Shown here: piece after piece, positions 46,673-58,992 of the stretch | Position numbering within the stretch: the first letter of the stretch is position 1 | Layout: each line of letters opens with the position of its first letter | Assembly (NCBI RefSeq): GCF_035594765.1 | Contig: NC_085845.1 | Location: 190,046,897-190,110,896, forward strand | Source: Anolis carolinensis | Taxonomy: Eukaryota | DNA: 64,000 bases | Direction of reading: 5' to 3' | The notes under the pieces: generated by a model | The model's input: only the letters and a program-made list of their open reading frames with translations | Databases searched by the model: none | What the model was told of the DNA's origin: nothing | Program-made: the position numbers and the translations under genes

Positions 46673-49105
46673 AAGTATCTCTTTCTCACCAAAGCTCTCC
46701 TCCCTCCCTTTACTGGACTCCACTCCACTCACTGTATTGACAGTTAGATCTACGCTAACCTTTGTAGTGACGCCAGTTTTAATGGCGCATTCAGCCCATT
46801 GACAGAACTCTAGTGGGTTCTCCCCCTCCCTCCCCACCACCACCACCACCACACTTTTCCTCCCTCCCTCCCTTCTTTCTTCCTCCTCCTCTTTCTCCTT
46901 CTTCTTTTTTTCACCCTCAGAAACAAAAGGGTAAAAAGGAAGAAAGAAAGAAGAAAAAAGAAAAGAAAAGGGAAAGAAAAGAAAGAATCTCCAGCTTGTA
47001 TAGTTTGTACTTTTGATAAAAGGTTTCGCTGATGGGCTTTGGCAGTAGAGGTTCTTTTCTAATGTCTTTTTATCTGAATTAATTCCTCAGATGAAAACTT
47101 TAAGGAACAATGAAGAAGAGAGGTACGGTGAGAAGAGGGGAGGAAAAAAAAATTACACAGCACACCTGGGACAGATGAAGCCAAACTAGTGCTTTTATAA
47201 TGCCAATCAGCAAGGCTGTTATCATTCCTCTAATTAGGAAAGCAGCCTAAAACAGAGTGCACTTGGGGAAATGGTAATGTTATGGTTTTGCACTTAAAAG
47301 GGGAGACATTGCCTACACTGTAAGAATCCAGGATTGGGGCTGACAAGTCCTTTAATTAATGGGCAGGATTCCCCGCGTGAGCACATTGGGAGTGCATGTT
47401 TCAATTCATAAAAGTGGACAAAGGGGGCTATTTGGGGAGAAAGGAGGGGAGGGGGCCGCCAGGGTGTAAAATACACACAGGCACACCAGTGCATGTGCCT
47501 ACCAGCCAGGGAGGCTCTGCAAGAGGGGAGACGGTGGAAGGGGGCAAATAAAAAATAGTCCATTAGTTTTGAAGGAGAACAGAGTTCACAAGCTACCTTT
47601 ATTTTGAACCCCCCCAAGGACTGTGAGCAGAGCTGCAGTGAGCTGTTTGCCAACGGATTTGAAAGCTACAACATGAAAAAAAAGCCCAAGGCCATCAGGC
47701 AAACAAAAGTTTGGAAGCCTGTGTTTGGAATTGGAGAGCACCTCCTCCTCCTTGCTTCTCTGGGCTGTTTGCTAACTTTCATTTCTCTTCAGATGGAAAC
47801 TGGACCCAGACTGGCTCTGCTAGAAAGAGGGCTCTTGGGACCAAATTTGCGGATAGAACAAGTTTCATTCACCCGGTTGTTGTTAAAAGAAGAAAAAAAA
47901 GAGTTCTGCTTCTGCTCTGCTCTTGATTAAGAGCAGGCTGGGGTCATGGTACCTGAGCGAGCATATGGCGGCCTACTAGCACATGCACACCATGATTTCA
48001 GAGATTAAAACTGGGGCACATGTCTGCAAGCAACATCAGAATGTAGCCAAGATGGCAAAAATGATCAAAGGACATACAAGCTAAGAGAAACTGCAGTTCT
48101 TTGCTTTTGCCAGAGCCTCCTGGGAAGGGCAAGATTTTCCTTCCTTTCTTGTCTCCTCCTACCCTTACCGTGTTCTGATTCATGATCTGCCACACCATGA
48201 AAAATGTATCTTGACAACAAATTTCACCACTCCAGGGTCTCAAACACCTTAATGTGGCCCTGTAGAGACTACTATGACTCCAACTTCAGATTAGTCTGCT
48301 ATTTGCAATCTGTTTGATATAGGGCTTATCTGCAGTAACCAAAATATCTGGACTGCTGGCAGTCTTCCTGGTACACAGTGGTTCAAGCAAGTATCCCAGA
48401 TGTTTTGTTTGTACTCTGACTTTGCCCCCATTTTAAGTAAAGGTAGAGAATATTCCAAAGTATCTCAGGACTTCAGAACAGTGGACAGCTGGATTGGGTT
48501 CAGTTTGGCCAGATCTTCTGTCCACTCAGTGAAAGGGTAGGGATCATATCTGTGTCACCACCACTGCCACACTTAGCCAGCAATGGAGTCCCACCTTTTC
48601 TCCTGACCATCCTCTGTTGTTTCTGTGAATTCAGGATACGGAACACATGCAATCAGCAAGAAGGAGGGAAGATTGACCACCTCCTCCTTGCTAGTTTGGC
48701 AGGTGACCCATTCAGACATCAGCAGAGGATGGAGCTCTTTAGCGGAGGCAGTGACAGGGAGGAAGAGACAGTTCAGTGAAGCAAATGAGCACTGGGCCAT
48801 TTAGACAATGGTTTTGGATTCAGCATGTATATCTGAGGGCTGATTTACACCAGGCTGTCTGGTGTAGATGTGCTCTGAGACAGCCATCTGATTTTACCTT
48901 GCATTTTCTTCATTAGCCTAAAACTGGAGAGTTTCACTGGGTTTGGAGCACTGAAGAAGTTTTGACCATTTGATCACCTGCATTGGCCACTCTCTTGATA
49001 GGAAAATAATGTGGTTTCTCATGGGCTAACCCAGAAAAATGCTTCTGTATTGCCTTGGTCTTCCTCCAAAATAATGAATTGCCACTGTAAAGGTTAAATA
49101 GTATA

Positions 49106-49448
49106 CAGTGTTCCCTCACTTATCACTGGGGTTAGGTTCCAGGACCACCTGCAATAAGTGAAAATCCACAAAGTAGGGAAACTATATTTATTTTAATATT
49201 TATACATTATTTTAGTAGTTATGCACTATTTTAAGTCTTTATCAACCAATCATGTGCTGATAAACCGCCTCTTTCTCCTCCTTTTGCTGCTTGGGCTCCT
49301 TTTCTCTCCCTTTGGCTTCTCCTTCCTCCTTTCCTTTGGCTGTAAATTGTAATTTTATATGATTTATAATAGTCTTTTAGAGTTTATTGAAAAACTGTGA
49401 AACAGCGAATCCGCGAAAAGTGAACCACGAAGTAGTGAGGGAACACTA
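49106..49448. mobile_element. Tigger-like Tc1/mariner MITE
   Basis: TIR CAGTGTTCCCTCACT..AGTGAGGGAACACT(a); TA TSDs. Confidence 0.85.
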
Positions 49449-49842
49449 TACCTCATTCTCTTAGAGGCCAAGGGACTCAAAAGAGCCCATACTTGACGAA
49501 TGATGCCTAGGCTATAGTCAAAATGTCTATCAATTTTGTTAGCTTGGTGGGATTTTCCCACCACATGTGGCTTGCAGTAGTGACTTGGCAACTTTGACAA
49601 ACTGTACTGGATTGCGAGGTGGTAGCTCTGAGGTTTCATAATCTTTAGACTTTGATGATGTCATTGAAGCAGTGGGCATGGAGCAGGCTAATGAAACAAA
49701 AATACTGAGTTTTCCTGATGAGGACAATATATGCAGACATATAGTTTAAACATCCTCAACATGAAATCCTGTGCCTTCACCTTGAGGTCAAGAAAAGAGG
49801 GCCCAGACCCTTACTTAAGATAGAATAAACCTGCACTTAAAA

Positions 49843-50081
49843 CTAGGGCTGTCTTAATAACAGCATTATAGGCCCCTGGGCAAAGCAGTGCACTGCCTAC
49901 ACAACCACACACAAGAATAAAATTTTAAAATATCAATAAAATAAACCTATATCAATAAAATATATTTATATTCATTGGTGTCTCAAATAAAATAATTGCT
50001 TTGACATTATGGCACGGTGCCTCTATGCTTGTGGGGGTTCTGGGCAACTGCCCAGTGTCACCATGTATTTAGATGGCACTA
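49843..50081. mobile_element. hAT (Tip100-like) MITE, degenerate
   Basis: Imperfect TIR tagggctgtcttaa..ttagatggcacta; gcccctgggcaa / tctgggcaactgccc subterminal motifs. Confidence 0.45.
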
Positions 50082-50224
50082 TTTACAGCTGTATTTAGAT
50101 TCTCTGTTGCAAACCATTTATTCTATGTTTCAGTTGAGCAATAGCTTGGCGGATGCACAATTGCATGCATATAGTTCTATTCATTTTGGTGGATTATGCA
50201 TTGCCCATCGATGTGAATACACAT

Positions 50225-52690
50225 GCTAAAAGCTGACTCTTGGGGATTTTCCTGTCACCTTGACAGGTGATTCTGTCATAGCTCTGGCTGACCTCTGGAA
50301 TGGGGAAATGGCCAGGTCGGTGGACACAATAGCCCCTGAATGTCCCCACTCACTGAGTAGAGCCAAACTAGCCCCTTGGTTTTCCAAGGAGTTGGTGGCA
50401 ATGAAGCAAGTGAGATGGAGACTAGAGTGACATTGGTGGAGAACTCAAAGTGAATCTGACCAAGCATGGGCTACAGCATATTTGAAAGTCTACTCCGCGT
50501 CAATGGAGACAGCAGAAAAATTGCTCCTTGCTGCTACCATTGCATCTGCAAGGAACTGTCCAGCTGAGCTGTCTCAAGTGGTCAGGGGGCTATTACATAC
50601 TGGTCCTCAAGGAGAAATCCCTGTCCACTCAGGAGCCCGCAGTGAAGAATTTGTAAGGCACTTTGCAGATAAAGTCACTCAGATCCATTCCAACTTGGAT
50701 GCTGTTATTGACACAGTTCTGATGGATGTAACTTTGGCTCCTGCTTGTCCAGTGTTGATGGATATTTTTCAGTTGGTGCAGTCTGAGGATGTGGACAGGA
50801 TTCTTAGAGAGGTGAGAACTACCACATGTTTTCTAGATTCTTGCCCTTCCTGGTTGATCAAACAGGCCAGAGGGGGACTGGCAGAGTGGGTGAAGGTGGT
50901 GATCAATGACTACTTGGAACAAGGCAAAGTTCCAACTTGCCTAAAGGAGGCAGTTGTGAGACTTATATTTAAAAAGCCATCCCTGAACCCCTCTATAATG
51001 GACAACTATCGGCCAGTGTCCAACCTTCCATTTCTGAGCAGGATTCTGAAGTGTTTGGTGACCTACCAACTCCAGGGATTTCTGAATTAAACAGATTATC
51101 TAGATCCATTTCAGTCTGGCTTCAGGCCTGGCTATGGAACAGAGACAGCTTTGGTTGCTTTGATGGATGACCTTCAAAGAGAGCTAGACAGGGGGAGTTT
51201 GACCCTGTTGGCTTCCAATACTATTGGCCATGATATCCTTCTGGGTTGTCTCGCCAGGATGGGACTGGGAGATAAAGTCTCTGGGCCTTCATGGAGGGCC
51301 GTACCCAGAAGGTGGTGCTGGGGGACTCTTGTTCAAACCCCTGTCCATTTATCTGTGGGGTTCATCAGGGCTCCATTTTGTCCCCCATTCTGTTCAACTC
51401 ACACATGAAACTGCTGGGAGAAGTCATCCAGAGTTTTGGAGTATAGTGCTACATGTATGCGGGCAACACCCATCTCTACTACTCCTTTCCATAAAATGCC
51501 ATGGAAGCTGTCCTGACCCTAAACGAGGGCCTGTCATCAGTAATGGACTGGATGAGGGCAAACAAATTGAAATTTAATCCAGATAATGCAGAGGTACTCC
51601 TGGTCTGTCAGAAGGCAGACTAGGGAATAGGAATTCAGCCTGTGCTGGATGGAGTCACACTCCCCCTGAAGATATAGGTCCACAGTTTGGTTTTTTTTTA
51701 TGGACTTGGCATTAAACCTGGAGTCCCAGGTATCGGTGGTGGCCAGGAAGGACTTTGTGCACCAATGTGATGACTCATGGGCCATGTAGTCCCGTTCCTG
51801 GTACTATTGAGGCAGATGAAGAGGAAAACTTGGGTTTCCCACCGTTTCAGCCAGAATTGGAGCGCAGTTCCCCACACTATTGCTTGTCAAATAGTGTGTG
51901 TTTCGGTGAAGTGGATTATAACTTTGGACTTTAATATCTCATATTGGACATTGTTTTCCTGGATTATATTTGACCTTTCCTGAAAGGTCTACTTCTGAAC
52001 TATATTCTTCACTTGTTTTTATTGACTTTATATATTCCTTTAATAAAGATATTAGATAGATTCTGGCCTCTGCGCATGGTTATTGGTGCTCTGCAGCCTG
52101 GGTCCTGACAACCAAGTGCACCCGTTCCATGAGAAGCCAGATCTGGCCATGGTGGTCCATACCTTAGTTACATCCCATGTAGCTACCTCTAAAGAGTGCT
52201 CGGAAACTTCAGCTGGTCCAAAGAGCACCTGCCAGGTCGCTCACTGGGGCTGGTGACAGGGAGCGTACAACCTCCCGTGTTGCAATAGCTCCACTGGCTG
52301 CCAGTCTGTTTCTGGGCACAATTCAAAGTGCTGGTTATGACCTTTAAAGCCCTAGATGGTTCAGGCCCAGGCTATTTGGTTGACCACATCCCCTTGTACG
52401 AAACTGCCCAGGCCCTGAGATCTTCAGAAAAAGCCCTTCTCTTGGTCCCACCTCCATCTCAAGCCTGGTTGGTGGGAATGAGAGAGTGGGTCTTCCTTCT
52501 TCTTTGCTGTTCCTAAACTCTGGAACTCCCTGCCTAGGGAAGCCAGAATGGCCCCTTCCCTGCTGTCCTTCTGACGGCAGGCTAAAACCTTTTTATACAG
52601 ACAGGCATTTAAAGATGAAGATTTTAAAGATGAATTCAGCGGGTGCTGTGGTTTTTAACTTTGAATGTATTTGAATGGTTTTTAGTCTCC
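50225..52690 (+). mobile_element. L2 LINE ORF2 remnant (reverse transcriptase), with frameshifts and an inserted LTR
   Basis: LDSCPSWLIK..KKPSLNPSIMDNYRPVSNLPFLSRILK, FQSGFRPGYGTETALV and WMRANKLKFNPD motifs; stops and deletions. Confidence 0.92.
51766..52110 (+). mobile_element. Solo LTR (345 bp)
   Basis: TG...CA ends (TGTGA..TGACA); perfect 5-bp TSD ACCAA (51761-51765 / 52111-52115); AATAAA near 52042; interrupts L2. Confidence 0.85.
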
Positions 52691-53144
52691 AAGTGAAGAC
52701 TGTGGGCATATCAACTTGCTTCAAGATAGCTGTGTTCAGATAAACAGCAGCAAATACAACAAATACCTTTCAGCAGATTTCGAAATTTTACTTTTAAAAA
52801 GCAGTTGGTTAAAACATGCTTCTAAGACCAAGGCCCAAGTAAGCAGCTAATTGCTGTTAAATGTGCAACTTTTAAGATGCAGTATTTTACATTTTTAAAA
52901 CAGAACCCAAGTGGTAATTTTAAATTAATTGTTTAAAAGCACATGAATGCTAGAAACTGCTGGCCTAAGTAGTAAGTCCTTCAATAACTATAAAAGAAAC
53001 TAAAACAGTTACCATTACACTCAAAAGGAATCAAATTGTGCCTTCTGGTGTTATAATCATAGTATGACATCGTTATTCCTTATTTATCACAAAAGAAGCT
53101 AATTACAAGTAACTAATTATTTCAAACCAGCTACATACAGTATA

Positions 53145-53470
53145 CAGTGGTGCAGCAGGTTAAACTACTGAGCTGCTGAACTTGCTGACAGTAAGGTTGG
53201 CCATTCAAATCCAGGGAGTGGAGTGAGTTCCCGCTGTTAGCCCCAGCTTCTGCAAACTTAGCAGTTTGAAAACATGTACATGTGAGTAGATCAATAGGTA
53301 CCACTCCAATGGGAAGTTAACAGTGCTCCATGCAGTCATGCCAGCCACATGACCTTAGAGGTGTCTATGGACAATGCCAGCTCTTCAGCTTAGAAATGGA
53401 GATGAGCACCAACTCCTGGAGTTGGACATGACTAGACTTAGGGTCAGGGGAAAACCTTTATCTTTACTCT
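53145..53470 (+). mobile_element. Sauria SINE (older, CpG-decayed)
   Basis: Colinear with the other copies; tail aaaacctttatctttac. Confidence 0.88.
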
Positions 53471-53519
53471 TCATAGGTTTTACTCCTGACTAAGTTAGTT
53501 GTGGGGATAATATGTCTTA

Positions 53520-53712
53520 AGGTGCATTCACACTGAAGAATTAATGCAGTTTAACTGTCATGGCTCAATGCTATGTAATCCTTGGAGCTGTAGTTTGGTG
53601 AGGCCCCAGCACTCTATGGCAGAGGAGGCTAAAGACTTTTGCTCCCATGATCCATAGCACTGAGGCATGGCAGTTAATGTGGTGTCAAACTGCACTAACT
53701 CTACAGTAGAGA
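53520..53712. mobile_element. PIF/Harbinger-like MITE
   Basis: ggtgcattcacactg start; family arms. Confidence 0.65.
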
Positions 53713-53772
53713 TTTAGTCTATGTCTTAATAAGAGTCATGAGGGTCTTTAAAATGTTTAGTTGTTCACGTGA

Positions 53773-53821
<49 letters not shown>

Positions 53822-53822
<1 letters not shown>

Positions 53823-54423
53823 TCCTCAGCTGCTGTAAGAAAATCACACAGACAGACTACAAACAGAGGCACAACTATGTGGCCCAAATGATTCATTGGA
53901 ACTTATGCCTCAAGTACCACTTCCCAGCAGTAAAGAACTGGTGGGATCACAAACCTGCAAAAGTATTGGAAAATGAGCACGCAAAGATACCGTGGGACTT
54001 CCGAATCCAGACTGACAAAGTTCTGGAACACAACACACCAGACATCACAGTTGTGGAAAAGAAAAAGGTTTGGATTATTGATGTTGCCATCCCAGGTGAC
54101 AGTCACATTGACGAAAAACAACAGGAAAAACTCAGCCGCTATCAGGACCTCAAGATTGAACTTCAAAGACTCTGGCAGAAACCAGTACAGGTGGTCCCGG
54201 TGGTGATCGGCATATTGGGTGCCGTGCCAAAAGATCTCAGCCGGCATTTGGAAACAATAGACATTGACAAAATTACGATCTGCCAACTGCAAAAGGCCAC
54301 CCTACTGGGATCTGCACGCATCATCCGAAAATACATCACACAGTCCTAGACACTTGGGAAGTGTTCAACTTGTGATTTTATGATACGAAATCCAGCATAT
54401 CTATCGTGTTTGCTGTGCCATAC
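53822..54423 (+). mobile_element. R4-clade (Dong/Rex6-like) non-LTR retrotransposon, 5'-truncated, restriction-like endonuclease domain
   Basis: Uninterrupted ORF with YKQRHN..WD..I.TD....HNTPDI......IIDVAIP......EKL.RY RLE motifs to a stop at 54349; flanked on both sides by (TAA)n (53775-53821, 54424-54484). Confidence 0.92.
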
Positions 54424-54486
<63 letters not shown>

Positions 54487-54539
54487 GCAAAGTCAGGAAA
54501 TACTCCCTGCATTTTCTTTTTTACCAATTGAGATGGGTT

Positions 54540-54955
54540 ATAGAAATATTGTAAAACTTCTATAAATAGTAGTACACATATCAAAATTATTTCTATAAAA
54601 GATACATATTAAAATACACAAAACATAGATTTAAAACAGGATACAAGTTTAAAATTCATGCTTAAAACTGGCTGGGTAGGCCTACCGGAAGAAATGGATC
54701 TTTAGATGGTTTTAAAATTCCAGCATCTCATTTAGTTGTTGGAGCTCTTCCAGCAGGTTGTTCCACAGTCTTGGGGCGGCCAATGAAAAGATCCTCTGAG
54801 TGACGTTGCCAATCTGATTCTGGCTGATTGGAGTTATCATCCCCCAGAGAATCTCAGTGTTATTTGGGAGAAGGTGATCCTGTAGGTAACCTGGACCAAA
54901 CCATGTAGGGCTTCAAAGGTCAAAACCAACACCTTGTACTTTTCCTGGAAACTAG
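54540..54955 (-). mobile_element. L2 3' fragment
   Basis: Reverse complement encodes ..KYKVLVLTFEALHGLVQV, resembling the L2 end at 52320-52370. Confidence 0.7.
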
Positions 54956-55129
54956 CGGGTGTGCGGCTCTGCAAAAACTCGTGCCATTTCCAGCCCTGTT
55001 TTCAGCTCCCCCCCCCAATTCTGTTTACTGGCAAGTTCCCAAAATTGGGAGGTTTTTTTTTTCTGTTTTCGTACCAGTAAGGTTCAGTCCATTGGTGCCA
55101 ATGGGGAAACTTTAGAGGACTTCAGTATA

Positions 55130-55545
55130 TGTCTATGGCAACAAGATTGCTATATGAACAAAGATAGAAGAATTCAATATGACCTACAATACAGGAGTGG
55201 TTGATGAAATTGATAGATCTAGAAGAAATGGACAAATTGTCTAGTTTGATAAGAGAAAGACCAGTAGAGACGTTTCTTGAAGACTAGAAAATCCTTATAG
55301 GCTTTTTGCAAAACAAATAGATACATAAAATGACTTAGCAACTTTTGATTGTAATGATCAGAAAGAATAGGCTATTGAGTGATTGAATTATGTAGAAATT
55401 TTGGCAAGAGGTATGAATATACAACTACTAAAAGGAAGACTGGAAGTCACATTTTCCCCCTTTTCCCTTTCTTTTACATTTTTTGGTCTGTATTCTTGAA
55501 TTTTTGTTTTATGGTAGATTCTAATTATAAAAATGTTATTAAAAT
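55130..55545 (+). mobile_element. L1/Tx1-type LINE 3' remnant
   Basis: PTIQEWLMKLIDLEEMDKLSSLIRE..F...(W)K resembles the squamate L1 ORF2 C-terminus, followed by a T-rich UTR. Confidence 0.6.
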
Positions 55546-55801
55546 AAGGTAAATTGGGTGTGGATTTTATAAACATGTTGTTCACTCGTGAACAGTCTCT
55601 GTTGGGCTCAAGGGACATGCATTGATAATTTTGTATCTTTCATAATCTACAACAAGAGACAAGCATCTGAAGTTCATCTTCAGACTGGATTCTTATTAAC
55701 AGAAAGAAGGTGGAAATGCTCTATGAGCAGTGAAAGTGATCGCTTCCGTGACTGTGGGGAGGGGAATCCAGTAAACTTTTAATCTAAGTAAGACTGCCTA
55801 A

Positions 55802-55844
55802 GGAGCTATCCAAGGTGCTCATCATCTGTACCTTGGACAGCTAC
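55802..55844. promoter_or_regulatory. Inverted pair of RE1/NRSE (REST)-like sites
   Basis: Minus 55802-55822 reads ATGAGCACCTTGGATAGCTCC and plus 55824-55844 reads ATCTGTACCTTGGACAGCTAC, versus consensus TTCAGCACCATGGACAGCGCC (16/21 and 15/21). Confidence 0.5.
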
Positions 55845-57881
55845 TTTAAAAATTGAAGTTACCTCCAGAGCGGATCTACCATCAAGGCATACGGACTGCT
55901 CTGTTCTTTCCAAACCAAGATAAAGATTATAATTTTGTACTTCCTAAATTTTTGAACATACTTGACACCTCAAAAAACAATCTATATATGTTTAGAAGTG
56001 CAGATTTCAAGAGAAAATGTGGTTGAAAAATACGTAATCCATCTCAAGTTGTAGCAGAAATGAAACTTAATGGATTTACAAGTGTCCACATGCAAAAATG
56101 GATCAAATCGGTAACAATTTATACACACATTCCTAGTTCTAACCCAGGGATGTAATAGATCTAGGGGTCAATTTTCCATTCTTGGAACCCTCTAATGACT
56201 ACAGAGACCACCAAAAAAACCCCACACTCTTGGGAACATAGTTTGCTAAGAAAGATTTAAAACAAGCCACACTTCCCCAGGTCTTTGAGGCCAAAACTGG
56301 TGGTTTTATTCTTAATGCAAGTGTGTAAATGTCCACTCTTCTTGGCACATGAAAGGATGGGAGACTCACATAAGCTTTAGGCTCATTATGGCATGTTCAT
56401 GGCTTCATAAAGTGAAGTTTATGTCACCTTTTCAACCAGATTTTTCTTTGTAGACTTTCCAGAGTGTTATTATGCCTCTGCATTCAAATGTAAAGTGTAT
56501 AAAACCTCCTTGTTTTAATTCTGTGAACTGCCTGGAGTAAGATAAAATAAATGTGCTTTAAATAATGTGTCTGGGAGATGTGTGTGCATTGTGCAAACAC
56601 ACCTGGACTGAAAAACCACATGCAACAAGTTTCAGATCTCATTTCAAAACAGCCAAGTTAGAACAAACAGCTGAAGAAAGATTGCCTGAGTTTATAATGG
56701 CAACAGCAAGTGACCTCTCATTGCGAGGAAAACCAGACAATAACAGTTTAGAGAACAGCTGAAAGCTATTCCTAATGAATCGAATAAACTTCTCCAGAAG
56801 AGGAGAGAGTTAAGAGAGTTTAAAAAACACTGTTCAAAGGATGAGATTATTGTACACAACCAAAATGATGTTAGGGAAGGAAAAACCCATAACAACTTTA
56901 AACTGCTGGCCTTTCCACATATACACTTGCAGTTGCTTGCTACCCCTCCTCCGTGCCTGTGAGTAACAAAATAGATACTGCTCACTGTTTGAGAAATTAT
57001 GTATAACAGATAGCAATTTCAAATCTCAAGAAAACAAAGCAATTGGTGTAATGACTTCACACCCCCACCCCACCTACGCGCTCTTGAAATTTGGGAGGTA
57101 ATGGGATTTGCAGCCTGATCCTGGTCCTGTATTCTTGGAATTAAGCCTTGCTCTTTCATGTGCACATAGAGCTGCCGCTTAAATCTCAGCCTTTTATTAT
57201 TCTGGCACAGGGATAATAATAAGAAAAAAAGTTTTGCTTTAAGAGAAATAATAACTGGATTGGCCTTCCCCCCTCTCTAAGCACCTCCTAGTATAACTTC
57301 TTTTTGTTCATTGATTTAAATGCTCACCTCTGCCTTTTCTTTTGTAGCTCAAGATGTTTAAGAGGCCTCAAAAAAGACAAATGAAAGAACAAAATCAAGA
57401 AAAGCAATAACAACCCAACGAAACAATCAGAAGCAGAGGTAAAAGTATTACATTTGAAAGTTTGCAGACCAATTATGGCAAGGCTAAGTGGTATACTTGT
57501 GTTCCTAAAAAGCGAACACAACCCAAATTGGATGGTTTAAGCAGAGGTGGGGCTACCAGACAGGTATATGTTGGGCAGGTTGCAACCATCATTCTATTTT
57601 GCTTCAGGGCAGAACTATATTATTTGATGTCTTCTACCTTAGCTAAGTTAGAGTGCTGCCCTCAGGTGGAGTGAAGGGGATGCTGTCCCATTCACAAGTG
57701 CTGAACTGAATTTCACCTGCACAAGGTCCATGAAATACAGTAACCCCCCCCCCCACCCCAATGCACCACTTGGAATTTTCTGGGTCCTCTGGGCAATTGT
57801 ATGGTATGATTCCATCAGAAGTCAAGTTGGAAGATGTAACACATTCCTAGAGAGGATATTTTCTGGGTCCTCCAGGTTGCC

Positions 57882-58763
57882 TGTTGCACCCCAAGGCAGC
57901 GCTAGCACCCGAAAACCAGGCAGGAGCCAATATAACACACAAGCTGTTTATTGAAGCAGAGTAAATATATAGGTCTATGAACATTTAAGGTGGAAAGTCA
58001 AAGTAAGAAATAGTCCATAATATATAGTCTATTGTAATTCAGAAAGAGTTCATCAATGTCCAATTTGTAATCCACAAGTGAAGCTCAATAGCTTCCCTTA
58101 GATATCAAAATTTGTCCATGAAACAATAGTGGAAAACAAACACTGCAAATCCACTTGGAAAGTCCTGTAGCAAAGTCAAAGAAGCAAGGTAAACAAAGCG
58201 AAGTCAATCTCAATTCAGGAACAAGGAAGTCGCGGTAACAAGGCAAGGTCTACTCGGGAGTCACGGCTCTTCTGGAACTGGAAACTCGGCACGGATTCAG
58301 AAGTCAAGGCAAGGAGCTGGAAACTGGAACCTCTTCCGAGGAAAAGCAATGTTGACACCACAATGAGAATACAGTGCAGAGTACTTTTAACAGAATCCCA
58401 AGTCTGTAAGAATTAGGGAGTACAGGGCCCACGAAAAGTTCTCATGGGAAAACTAATCATTATCTAGTTTGAAAGCGAGTCTCTGTATATCCATGTTTCT
58501 CAGTCCCTGTTTTTTTACTTCTATCTCTGGTAACAAAATCTCTCCGATTAAAACTTCCATTCATCTCCAAGTCTGTACCACCTGGTGTGGTTAACGCTGG
58601 AGAAGATTCGGAATGTTTGCCAATTAGCAGATCCCTAATTTCTGGCACCCGCAAGGCCATAGGGCCTGAATTCTGAGCAGGAATGTCTTCGAATTCCACC
58701 ACCTCATCTGTTTCTGACTCCAACTCTTGTTGAAAACTGGGCCATGATGGCTGAGCCACAACA
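57882..58763 (-). mobile_element. Solo LTR (882 bp), probably Gypsy-type
   Basis: TGTTG...CAACA termini; 5-bp TSD ttgcc/ctgcc (one mismatch); minus-strand AATAAA near 57947; interrupts an older element. Confidence 0.8.
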
Positions 58764-58844
58764 CTGCCTCTATGGCTAGTTCCAATAGAAGACATTAATT
58801 TCTATAGGATTTGCTATTATCCATGGTTTATGAATATACTCCTG

Positions 58845-58992
58845 GAATTTGTATTTTGGTGAGGCACCAGCACTCTTTGGCAGAGAAGTCAAAAGACCTT
58901 GTAAAATGACAAACTTCCATGGTTTCATAGCATTAAGCCATACCAGTTAAATTGGTCTCAAACTGCATTAATTCTGCAGAGTAATTGCACCG
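58845..58992. mobile_element. PIF/Harbinger-like MITE, partial
   Basis: Family arms ggtgaggcaccagcactctttggcagagaag..aactgcattaattctgcag. Confidence 0.6.

Larger units (their letters stand above)
44200..47520. promoter_or_regulatory. Distal CpG-rich promoter/regulatory block
   Basis: CpG clusters at 44230-44960, 45270-45620 and 46750-46800; no recognisable transposons; dense TAAT/ATTA and other motifs; contains the 45811 donor. Confidence 0.65.
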
